This document shows, piece by piece, positions 42,388-50,578 of a DNA stretch of 64,000 nucleotides (position 1 is the first letter of the stretch; the number at the start of each line of letters is the position of its first letter). The translations under genes were made by a program, and so were the position numbers. The notes under the pieces were generated by a model that did not search any database, was not told the origin of the DNA, and was given only the letters and a program-made list of their open reading frames with translations. This DNA is from Chitinophagales bacterium (lineage in GTDB: Bacteria > Bacteroidota > Bacteroidia > Chitinophagales > S012-47): the NCBI GenBank assembly GCA_015487695.1, contig WFPF01000018.1:29419-93418 (forward strand), read 5' to 3'.

Positions 42388-42406
42388 CTTTTGATATGAT
42401 TTTGCG

Positions 42407-42414
42407 CAAAAATA
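42407..42414 (-). promoter_or_regulatory. Candidate -7 promoter box (TATTTTTG on minus strand)
   Basis: Perfect TAnnTTTG, 19 nt upstream of the ATG at 42387. Confidence 0.3.
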
Positions 42415-42575
42415 GCACTCCTGGCACTCTGCCTCTATGATTTATATCATAAATTTCGCCTCATTCAGGAAGCTATACAGGGAAAATAATCGAATAAATA
42501 CAGCATCTTAACGAAAATTAAATAAATAGTTTTACGCAAACTGTTATCTTTTAAATAAAATGAAAAAATACTTTT

Positions 42576-42583
42576 TATATTTG
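42576..42583 (+). promoter_or_regulatory. Candidate -7 promoter box (TATATTTG)
   Basis: Perfect TAnnTTTG, 42 nt upstream of ATG 42626, inside a 238-bp AT-rich spacer. Confidence 0.3.
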
Positions 42584-42625
42584 CAGGGGTAAAATTTATT
42601 TAATTACTGTTATAAATCTATTAAC

Positions 42626-43339
42626 ATGTCAAATGCAAGAATTGATATCGAAGTGGGTGACCTTTACATATCACTGGAAGGGTCAGAAAGCTTTGTAAAA
42701 GAGCAATATGCGCTGATTACTTCCCAGCTGGGGCTCTTCGGAACCCAGACCCGGGAAAGCGCAAAAAAAGAAATTGCTACAATTGAGGCCGGGGTTGAGG
42801 AAGCCTCGAAACCAGAGCCAAAAATTGCTGAGCCTGCAAAGGTTGAGAAGGTGAAGAAAACTGCAAAAACAGAAAGCCCGGCCGCTAAAAAAGAGGTTAA
42901 ACAAACTCAAAAGACGGCTGAAGAGCCCTTGGCTCCGAGTGCCGCACTGACCGAAGCGATCAAAGCCAAATCGAGACGAGTTGCTAAAAAGCCGGCTGCA
43001 CCGGCAAGTAAACCGGCAGCCAAGGCTACAAAATCCACGAAATTGCCGAAAGACTTTAAAGAGTGGATCAAAATGGTTTCCGGCAAATTGAATAAAACCG
43101 ACCTTGCTCTTCTTTCCGGATTTTATGTTCAGCTGAATTCGGACAAACAGGCATTCAGGGTACGTGAAGCTTCAAAAATCCTTAGAAACAATGGATTTGA
43201 TCTTTCGAACGCCAGCATTTTTATTAGGAATAACCTAAAATCAGGTAAGTTGTTTGAAAACTCCAAGGTAGGATCCGAAGCCTATTACCGCCTGACAGAC
43301 AAAGGGCTGGAGCGCGTGAAGAAACTTCTCGGCATGTAA
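42626..43339 (+). CDS. Hypothetical protein: small N-terminal domain, K/A/P-rich histone-H1-like linker, winged-helix-like C-terminal domain
   Basis: 237-aa ORF with its own AT-rich upstream region and a strong terminator. Composition and domain layout read from the translation. No family recognised. Confidence 0.7.
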   Translation: MSNARIDIEVGDLYISLEGSESFVKEQYALITSQLGLFGTQTRESAKKEIATIEAGVEEASKPEPKIAEPAKVEKVKKTAKTESPAAKKEVKQTQKTAEEPLAPSAALTEAIKAKSRRVAKKPAAPASKPAAKATKSTKLPKDFKEWIKMVSGKLNKTDLALLSGFYVQLNSDKQAFRVREASKILRNNGFDLSNASIFIRNNLKSGKLFENSKVGSEAYYRLTDKGLERVKKLLGM

Positions 43340-43369
43340 TTGTGCTGAAAGTTTAAGACTATTGATAAA

Positions 43370-43398
43370 GGGCACTCATAAGGGGTGCCCTTTTTTTT
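43370..43398 (+). terminator. Rho-independent terminator
   Basis: GGGCAC / GTGCCC stem (extendable with AAA/TTT), 9-nt loop, T8 run 43391-43398. Abuts the stop codon of the convergent TrkH-like gene. Confidence 0.7.
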
Positions 43399-45220
43399 AT
43401 CCGACCGTGATATGTGCTTTCGGATAACTGTAGGCTCTTGACTGATGCCCGGAACTGATGGCAAATGCAAAAGTGAGAGATCCGACCCGGCCTATAAACA
43501 TAAAAACAATAATAATCACCCGCCCGTAAGTGGAAAGCTCGGAGGTGATGCCCCGTGAAAGCCCAACGGTATTGTAAGCCGAGACCATCTCGAAAATAAC
43601 ATCGGAAAGCGGAAAGTTGGGATCGGTGAGCGATAAAAGAAAGATGCCGGTAAACTGAAACATAACTGCAAAAGCGAAAATGGCCAGTGCCCGGTAGATA
43701 AGGCTTTGCGACAACATCCTTCTGCGAATATCCGCTTCCGGTTTATTGCGGATTACGGCCAGCACCGAGCGCATAATCACCACGAAAGTGGAGGTCTTTA
43801 CCCCACCGGCCGTACTGGTCGAAGACCCTCCGATAAACATCAGGAAAAGAAAAAAGATAATACTCGGTATGCTGAGAGCAGCAATATTTACCGTATTGAA
43901 GCCGGCCGTACGGGTGGTGACCGATTGGAAGATGGAATGAACAATGGCCATGGGTGCCGGCATGTCTTTCAATGCCCCGCTTCGTTCAATCAAAAAGAAA
44001 AGTACGGCTCCGCTGACAATCAGTGTGATGGAAGAATACAGGGCAATACTGGTATTGATTTCCAGTTTCTTCCATTTCAATTTTTTTCGTTTCCGGATGG
44101 CGGCCGGGCTGAAAAGATCGCGAAGAGCCGGAAATCCAAGACCGCCCAGGACAATCATCAGGGCAATGACCATCATCAGGAGGGGATTGTGGACAATGCT
44201 ATTGTGCATGAGATTGTCGGAAAAAAGAGAAAATCCGGCATTACAGAAAGCCGATACGGAATGAAAAACTGCATAAAACAAGCGAAGAAAAGGTTGCTGA
44301 TAGAAGCTTTCCGAGGGGTCGTTGCCCAATTGAGTATAGAGAATAAAGGCTCCGGCACTTTCTATGATGACCGTGAAGAGAACAATCTGTTTGAGCAGGT
44401 TGGTGGACGTTTTAAAATTCTCCGTTCCGAAAATATCGGTGATGGCAAGCTGATGGCGAATACCGATTCCCTGGCGCAGAAAAACGGTAAAAAAGGAAGC
44501 AAAGGTGATAATGCCAATTCCTCCGAGTTGCATCAGAATCAAAATAATAAGCTGTCCTTTGATAGAAAAGAAAGTAGCCGTATCAACCACAATGAGCCCT
44601 GTAACGCAGGTAGCACTTGTGGAGGTAAACAGGGCATCGAGGAAACTCATCCCTTTTCCTGAGGCCGTCATTTCGGGAAAAGTAAGCAGCACCCCGCCTA
44701 CCAGGCTGAGGCCGGCAAAGGAGAGCAGGAAAAGAACAGCCGGCCGCACGGAGAAGTTAAATACCTTCTGGCTTTGCCCGAAGATCTCGGTGATGGCAAA
44801 AAGCAGGATGGCAAACTGGCGGATAATGTGATACGAGCCCTCCTCTGAAGTCCCGACCAGCAGCGCGGAGCCCCATTGGAAAAGCGAAAACCCGAATAAA
44901 TAGTGGGAGACAAGCTCTGCAATAATCAGAAGTGACAGCAGGGTTTGAAAGACATTGGACCGGATGAAGTGCCCGCGCCTGATGTGAAAGAGAAACCGGG
45001 AAATAAACTCAAGAGAGAAGATCAGCAGAAAAATGTCCATGACGGGCCGGGCAATGGCCTCATAGGTATCGGGAAGCGGAAAGCCCACGTAGTAGGCCAG
45101 CAGGCCGAGAGCGATGACAGATACGAGAAAAATGAAACGATTGAGGAAAACATTAACCTTCACGCTGTAATCATAAACCAGAAAGTTAATCCGGTCTTTC
45201 ATGTTCTCGAAGCGACCCAT
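43397..45220 (-). CDS. TrkH/KtrB family potassium transporter, long form with N-terminal membrane extension
   Basis: 607 aa. The TrkH core is recognisable (SATCVTGL, GGIGIITF, FCNAGFSL, TTRTAGFN, GGSSTSTAGGVKT, YNTVGLSRG), preceded by about 120 extra residues with several hydrophobic segments. Confidence 0.85.
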   Translation of the reverse strand: MGRFENMKDRINFLVYDYSVKVNVFLNRFIFLVSVIALGLLAYYVGFPLPDTYEAIARPVMDIFLLIFSLEFISRFLFHIRRGHFIRSNVFQTLLSLLIIAELVSHYLFGFSLFQWGSALLVGTSEEGSYHIIRQFAILLFAITEIFGQSQKVFNFSVRPAVLFLLSFAGLSLVGGVLLTFPEMTASGKGMSFLDALFTSTSATCVTGLIVVDTATFFSIKGQLIILILMQLGGIGIITFASFFTVFLRQGIGIRHQLAITDIFGTENFKTSTNLLKQIVLFTVIIESAGAFILYTQLGNDPSESFYQQPFLRLFYAVFHSVSAFCNAGFSLFSDNLMHNSIVHNPLLMMVIALMIVLGGLGFPALRDLFSPAAIRKRKKLKWKKLEINTSIALYSSITLIVSGAVLFFLIERSGALKDMPAPMAIVHSIFQSVTTRTAGFNTVNIAALSIPSIIFFLFLMFIGGSSTSTAGGVKTSTFVVIMRSVLAVIRNKPEADIRRRMLSQSLIYRALAIFAFAVMFQFTGIFLLSLTDPNFPLSDVIFEMVSAYNTVGLSRGITSELSTYGRVIIIVFMFIGRVGSLTFAFAISSGHQSRAYSYPKAHITVG

Positions 45221-45222
45221 GC

Positions 45223-45915
45223 CTATTGAATGTATAAGTCGATAAACTTCTTAATATCTTTCTCTTTCCCGATCACCAGCAGCACGTCTTCATCGATCAG
45301 GCGGATTTCAGGATCGGTGACCCCCAGGAGTCTTTTTTTAGGCTTCATGTCCTTCTCCTCATCCTCCGCCTCGGTTCTTTGAATGGCGATCACATTGATG
45401 TGGAAGCGTTTGCGGAGATCGAGTTCACGCAGCGACTTTCCGGCCAGCTTGCTGCCGGCATTTATTTCTGCAATTTCATAGCCGTCTGCCAGTTTGAGGA
45501 AAGCCTTAAGCTCCGGCTGCAACAGTGTTTCGGCCAGTTTTTCTGCCATTTCCACTTCCGGCAGGATGATTTCCTTGATGCCCATGCGATCGAGGATCAG
45601 GCGCTGGGTATCGTTCATAGCCCGGGCAATGATATGCGGCACATCCAGTGTAAGCAAATTGACCGTAGTGAGCACCTGGCTTTCAAAATCGGCTCCGATG
45701 GCCACAATGCAGATATCAAACTCGCGGATATTCTGCGATTCGAGCGCCTTTATGTCGGTCGAATCAAGAGCAACCGGAAAGGCTACATCATCTTTGATAA
45801 ACTCCACCCGCTCGGGGTTTTTGTCGATGGCCATCACCTCGGCTCCTTTTTCAGAGAGCGAAAGGCTGAGGGTGGTGCCGAATCTTCCAAGGCCGATAAC
45901 TGCAAATTTTTGCAT
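45223..45915 (-). CDS. TrkA/KtrA-type RCK protein (single TrkA-N plus TrkA-C)
   Basis: 230 aa, Rossmann FAVIGLGRFG, C-terminal TrkA-C-like segment. 2-nt spacer to the downstream TrkH-like gene. Confidence 0.85.
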   Translation of the reverse strand: MQKFAVIGLGRFGTTLSLSLSEKGAEVMAIDKNPERVEFIKDDVAFPVALDSTDIKALESQNIREFDICIVAIGADFESQVLTTVNLLTLDVPHIIARAMNDTQRLILDRMGIKEIILPEVEMAEKLAETLLQPELKAFLKLADGYEIAEINAGSKLAGKSLRELDLRKRFHINVIAIQRTEAEDEEKDMKPKKRLLGVTDPEIRLIDEDVLLVIGKEKDIKKFIDLYIQ

Positions 45916-45918
45916 GAT

Positions 45919-47391
45919 CTATGAGTTTTGCCAAAAATAGCGAGTAAAAAGAATGAGGACCGTAAACAACTCGAGGCGGCCCAATAGCATCAGAAAGGTA
46001 AGAAAAGCCTTGCCTTCATACGATATCCAGGCATAATTATCTACAGGGCCCACCCCTCCGAAACCGGGTCCCACATTGCCCAATGTGGCCAAAACACTGC
46101 CCGTGGCGGTCATAAAATCCATACCGAAGGCCGACATGATGACCGATCCGCCAAAGAAAATCATTACGTAAATCAGGGCAAATGCAGTCACGTTGTGTGT
46201 CACATTCGGTGAGATGGCCTTGCCGTTGAAACGAACCGGAATGACAGCCGAGGGGTGCAATTGTCTGCGCAGTTCGAGGATGCTGTTTTTTATCAGCACC
46301 CGGTGGCGAACGATCTTAATGCCTCCTGCCGTGCTGCCTGCACTTCCGCCAAAAAAGAATAGAATAAATATCAGGAAAACCGCCAGAGGTATCCATTGCG
46401 TATAATCAGCACTTACAAATCCGGTTGTGGTGAGGATAGAAACCACCTGAAAAGTGCCGGCACGGAAGGCTTCTTCCAGATCATAGAAATCGGAATAGAA
46501 ATAGATGGAAAGCGATACCAGCGCACTGACTGCTATCGTAATGGCCGTATAAAAACGAAATTCTTCATTCTTCCAGATGCGCCCCAGACGACCGGCAAAA
46601 GCCGAATAAAGCAGGGTGAAGTTGACACCTGCAAGAAACATAAAAATCACGATGACCCACTGTATAAACGGGGAAGGAAAGGCGGCAATGCTGGCATTGC
46701 GGGTTGAGAATCCTCCGGTGGCCATGGTGGCAAAGGCATGGTTGATCGCCTCGAAAAAATTCATGCCTCCGATGCGAAGGAGGGTCATCTCGAGAAAGGT
46801 GAGCAGAAAATAGACAATCCAGAGCCGCTTGGCCGTCTCGGTAATCCGCGGGGTGAGTTTGTCGGGTGAAATTCCCGGGGCCTCGGCTACAAACAACTGC
46901 ATACCTCCGATGCCCAGGAGGGGCAGGATGGCGATGGTCAGCACGATGATTCCCATGCCTCCGATCCAGTGTGTGAGGCTGCGCCAGTAGAGCAGGCCTT
47001 TCGGAACGGCCTCTATATCGGTGATAATGGTAGCACCCGTGGTCGTAAATCCGCTCATGGTTTCGAAAATGGCATCCACCGGATGCGGAATGACCCCGCT
47101 GATGAGAAAGGGCAGGGACCCGAAAAGCGACATGCTTACCCAGCCCAGTGTGACGATCAGGTAGCCTTCGCGTTTCCGTATCTCGGTATGATGTTTCGAG
47201 CGGCCGTAAAGCCAGAGGCCCAGACCTGAGAGAATCGTAATTCCCGAGGATATAAAAATCGCCTCCCAGGAAGATTCTTCGTAGTAAAATGACCAGGCGA
47301 GGCTGGTGAGCATCAGTCCACCGACCAGCATGAGCAGAATACCCAGCATCGAAGCCGTGATCTTCCAACTAAATCGCCCCGTCTTGTTCAT
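45919..47391 (-). CDS. trkH: Trk system potassium uptake protein TrkH
   Basis: 490 aa polytopic protein with four selectivity-filter-like repeats (FTTTGAT, TMATGGFS, LTTTGF, GNVGPGFG). 3-nt spacer to trkA. Confidence 0.9.
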   Translation of the reverse strand: MNKTGRFSWKITASMLGILLMLVGGLMLTSLAWSFYYEESSWEAIFISSGITILSGLGLWLYGRSKHHTEIRKREGYLIVTLGWVSMSLFGSLPFLISGVIPHPVDAIFETMSGFTTTGATIITDIEAVPKGLLYWRSLTHWIGGMGIIVLTIAILPLLGIGGMQLFVAEAPGISPDKLTPRITETAKRLWIVYFLLTFLEMTLLRIGGMNFFEAINHAFATMATGGFSTRNASIAAFPSPFIQWVIVIFMFLAGVNFTLLYSAFAGRLGRIWKNEEFRFYTAITIAVSALVSLSIYFYSDFYDLEEAFRAGTFQVVSILTTTGFVSADYTQWIPLAVFLIFILFFFGGSAGSTAGGIKIVRHRVLIKNSILELRRQLHPSAVIPVRFNGKAISPNVTHNVTAFALIYVMIFFGGSVIMSAFGMDFMTATGSVLATLGNVGPGFGGVGPVDNYAWISYEGKAFLTFLMLLGRLELFTVLILFTRYFWQNS

Positions 47392-47394
47392 GCC

Positions 47395-48735
47395 TTATTT
47401 TAAAAATTTCTCCACTTTGTGAATCGAATCCGTACGTGCAAAAATGACCACTTTGTCGCCTGCCTGTATCTGCAGCTTGCCCGAAGGGATGATCGCATGG
47501 TTGTTGCGAATGACCCCTCCGATGACGGCATCGGGCGGGAAGTGCAGGTCTTTGATCGGCTTGCGGGTAATCTTGCAGGCATCTCCGACCTCAAATTCCA
47601 GCACCTCGGCATCCAGACCGTGAATGTTTGTCAATGCTACGATATCTCCTTTGCGGATGTAGCGAAATATAAACGCAGCGGCAATGACTTTTTTATTGAT
47701 AAGCGAAGTGATGCCGATATTTTGCACAAGGTTAAGGTAATCGACATTGTCCACAAGTGCAATGGTCTTTTTCACACCGTGATTCTTGGCTACGAGCGAA
47801 GAGATGATGTTGATTTCCGAATTGCCCGTTACGGCCACAAAGGCATCCGTGTCGGCAATGCCTTCTTCTTCCAGAGTGCGCACATCACTTCCGTCTGCAT
47901 GTATGACCAGCACATCGGGCAACTCATCGGCCAGTTGCAGGCATTTCTCATATTCTTTCTCTATCAGTTTGATCTGATACTTGCGGGCCAGCTTGCGGGC
48001 CAGGTGGCGTCCGGTACGGCTGCCGCCCAGCACCATCAGCTTCCTGATTTGTTGCTTGTGCCTGCCCGTCAGCTTCAGGACGTCTTCCATCCCCTCTTCC
48101 ATGGTGATAAAGTAGATGCGGTCTTCGGGGTAAAATTGAGTCTCGCCTTTCGGGATGATCACCTCGCTGCCGCGGCTGATGGCAATGATGACGAAGCGCC
48201 TCTCGGGTATGCTCTGCATGGCTTCGGCCAGTGTTTTACCCAGGAGGGGAGAGTTGGCCCCTATCTGTATGCCGGTGAAAACGAGTTTCCCGTTTTCAAA
48301 GCGAAAGGAATCGGTGGAAAGGGAATCTTTGAGCAGGTATTTGATCTCGCGGGCAGTCAGCGACTCGGGCGAGATCAGTTCGTCAATGCCCACATCTTTC
48401 AGATCGAGGATGTCCTTGTGGATGAGGTACTCCATTTTGTTGATGCGGGTGATGGTCTGCCGGGCTCCCAGCTTTTTGCCGATGATGGCCGTGGCAATGT
48501 TGGTGGCTTCCGAAGACGTGACAGCAATCAAAAGGTCGGCCTTGGAGATTTCGGCCTGCTGCAATACGGCATAGGAGGTAGAGTCGCCTGTCACGGTCAT
48601 CAGGTCGAGGTTGTGTTCTACATATTCCAGCCGTGCCTTATCGGTATCGATAAGCAGAATATCGTGGGATTCTTCGGCCAGCAAATGAGCCAGGTGGTAG
48701 CCCACTTCGCCTGCTCCGGCTATTACGATTTTCAT
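47395..48735 (-). CDS. trkA: Trk system potassium uptake protein TrkA (double RCK)
   Basis: 446 aa with two Rossmann motifs (IVIAGAGEVGYHLA and LMVLGGSRTGRHLA), each followed by a TrkA-C segment. Confidence 0.9.
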   Translation of the reverse strand: MKIVIAGAGEVGYHLAHLLAEESHDILLIDTDKARLEYVEHNLDLMTVTGDSTSYAVLQQAEISKADLLIAVTSSEATNIATAIIGKKLGARQTITRINKMEYLIHKDILDLKDVGIDELISPESLTAREIKYLLKDSLSTDSFRFENGKLVFTGIQIGANSPLLGKTLAEAMQSIPERRFVIIAISRGSEVIIPKGETQFYPEDRIYFITMEEGMEDVLKLTGRHKQQIRKLMVLGGSRTGRHLARKLARKYQIKLIEKEYEKCLQLADELPDVLVIHADGSDVRTLEEEGIADTDAFVAVTGNSEINIISSLVAKNHGVKKTIALVDNVDYLNLVQNIGITSLINKKVIAAAFIFRYIRKGDIVALTNIHGLDAEVLEFEVGDACKITRKPIKDLHFPPDAVIGGVIRNNHAIIPSGKLQIQAGDKVVIFARTDSIHKVEKFLK

Positions 48736-48937
48736 TTATGGTTTAAGCATTTCATTATGAGGGGTCAAAGGTAGCAAAGCGCCCAAAATATCAGGGGATG
48801 CACGGGCGTGAATTTCTCTGTGCTATCATTTTAAAACAAGGCCTGTGAGTTCCTCTTTCGCAGCGATTGCCGAATTAGGATTTATTCACTCATTTTCTCA
48901 TTATTTGATGATGCTTCGCCTTATTTTCGCAGGCAAA

Positions 48938-50395
48938 ATGAAAGAGATGAAAAAAAGAAAAATATGCATTGCCCGGGGAGACGGTATCGGACCGGAAATT
49001 ATGGATGCCACACTGCGTGTTCTGGAGGCTTGCGGAGCCCCGGTCGCATATGACGAAATCAAAGTGGGGAAAGCGGTATATGAAGCGGGCCACAGTTCCG
49101 GCCTGGAGCCGGATGCATGGGATAAAATCAGGGAATCGAAGGTCTTGCTCAAGGCCCCCATCACCACACCGCAGGGCGGAGGCTACAAGAGCCTCAACGT
49201 GACCCTGCGCAAAATGCTCAGCCTGTATGCAAACGTGCGCCCCTGCGTAGCTTATCACCCCTATGTTTTTACACGTCATGCCAAAATGGACACCGTCATT
49301 GTCCGCGAAAATGAAGAAGACCTCTACGGAGGCATCGAATATCAGCAGTCGAGTGAGGTGACGCAGGCTCTGAAACTGATCTCCCGTCCGGGCTCGGAGC
49401 GAATCATTCGTTTTGCTTTTGAATACGCACGGCACTATCACCGCGAAAAAGTGACCTGTTTCAGCAAAGACAATATCATGAAACTGACCGATGGTCTTTT
49501 TCACAAGACTTTTGATCGTATCGCAGCCGAGTACCCGGAGATTGAGGCGGATCATATGATCATTGACATCGGGTCGGCCCGCCTGGCCGATACTCCGGAG
49601 TTTTTTGATGTCATCGTGACGGAAAATCTTTACGGGGATATCATTTCCGATATTGCCGCTCAGATAGCCGGTTCGGTAGGACTGGCGGGTTCTTCGAATA
49701 TCGGACGAAACTATGCGATGTTTGAAGCCATTCATGGCTCGGCTCCCGATATTGCGGGGCAAAACAAAGCCAATCCGTCAGGCCTCCTGCTGGCGGCTGT
49801 GCAGATGCTGGTTCATATCGGTCTGAATGAGCATGCCACCCGGGTACACAATGCCTGGTTGCGCACGATCGAAGACGGAATCCACACCGCGGATATTTAC
49901 GATACTTATACGAGCACCCGCCTGGTCGGTACGAGCGAATTTGCCGGGGCGGTGGTGGAGCGCCTGGACGAGAAGCCCCGCAAGCTGACTGTTGTGGATT
50001 ATGCCGGCAGCGGTACGATGGCCGTGCCCGAAGCAGATCCCACGCCCCGGGCAGAAAAGAAACTCGTGGGCGTGGATATATTCCTCGACTGGGATGAAGA
50101 GAACCGCGATGCAGGCCGTCTGGCCGGAATTCTTGACAATTGCCGGGTGGCAGCCCTGAAGATGCAGATCATTACCAATCGAGGTACGAAAGTCTTTCCC
50201 GATGGTTTTCCCGAGACGTACCACTCCGACCATTGGCGCATACGCTTTGCAACGGACGACTATGCAGAAGTCTCAGCAAATGACATCATCGACCTGCAAC
50301 GCCAGGTGCTGGCCTGCGGACTCGATCTGATCAAAACGGAGAATCTCTATCTTCTGGATGGTGAGCCTGGATTTTCGCTCGGACAGGGTGAGTAA
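48938..50395 (+). CDS. icd: Isocitrate dehydrogenase (isocitrate/isopropylmalate dehydrogenase family, about 485-aa form with C-terminal extension)
   Basis: ICIARGDGIGPEIM, SLNVTLRK, ENLYGDIISD, HGSAPDIAG motifs. ATG 48938 chosen, because the upstream part of the tracked ORF has no family similarity. Confidence 0.85.
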   Translation: MKEMKKRKICIARGDGIGPEIMDATLRVLEACGAPVAYDEIKVGKAVYEAGHSSGLEPDAWDKIRESKVLLKAPITTPQGGGYKSLNVTLRKMLSLYANVRPCVAYHPYVFTRHAKMDTVIVRENEEDLYGGIEYQQSSEVTQALKLISRPGSERIIRFAFEYARHYHREKVTCFSKDNIMKLTDGLFHKTFDRIAAEYPEIEADHMIIDIGSARLADTPEFFDVIVTENLYGDIISDIAAQIAGSVGLAGSSNIGRNYAMFEAIHGSAPDIAGQNKANPSGLLLAAVQMLVHIGLNEHATRVHNAWLRTIEDGIHTADIYDTYTSTRLVGTSEFAGAVVERLDEKPRKLTVVDYAGSGTMAVPEADPTPRAEKKLVGVDIFLDWDEENRDAGRLAGILDNCRVAALKMQIITNRGTKVFPDGFPETYHSDHWRIRFATDDYAEVSANDIIDLQRQVLACGLDLIKTENLYLLDGEPGFSLGQGE

Positions 50396-50410
50396 GCCCG
50401 GGTCTCCGGT

Positions 50411-50578
50411 TCAGGATGGTTTTTTCTTCTTTGGCTTCCCGTAGGGGCAGTGGCGGCACTTACTCTTGCAGCAATAGCCGCGTTTTAGATGGTACTTTTC
50501 GGTGAAAACATAAAGGCCGTTGGGGTCAATGTAATAGTCTTCCCCTTTGACCGGCTGCGCATTTCTATCCAAGGGCAT
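50411..50578 (-). CDS. Small cysteine-rich protein (55 aa; DUF5522-like CCx3Cx2C motif)
   Basis: Hand translation of the minus strand gives MPLDRNAQPVKGEDYYIDPNGLYVFTEKYHLKRGYCCKSKCRHCPYGKPKKKKPS*. The YVFTEKYHLKRGYCC..C.HCPY core matches a small conserved Bacteroidota family as I remember it. Too short for the supplied ORF track. Confidence 0.6.
   Translation of the reverse strand: MPLDRNAQPVKGEDYYIDPNGLYVFTEKYHLKRGYCCKSKCRHCPYGKPKKKKPS

Noticed and set aside
42400-42451. Palindromes TTTTGCGCAAAA (42400-42411) and TATGAT-N4-ATCATA (42436-42451) upstream of the PLP-enzyme gene
   Set aside because: These are short palindromes in a very AT-rich spacer. The first overlaps the candidate -7 box and may simply reflect it. 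They cannot be supported as binding sites without conservation data.
47419-48774. 451-aa ORF antisense to trkA, with similar cases at 16267-17226 (opposite purC), 38721-39812 (opposite the PhoD-like gene), 58814-60148 (opposite topA) and 48890-49762 (opposite icd)
   Set aside because: Same shadow-ORF explanation. Each one mirrors a gene with strong family signatures, has an odd amino-acid composition and no recognisable domains. Their ends track the sense gene's ends.
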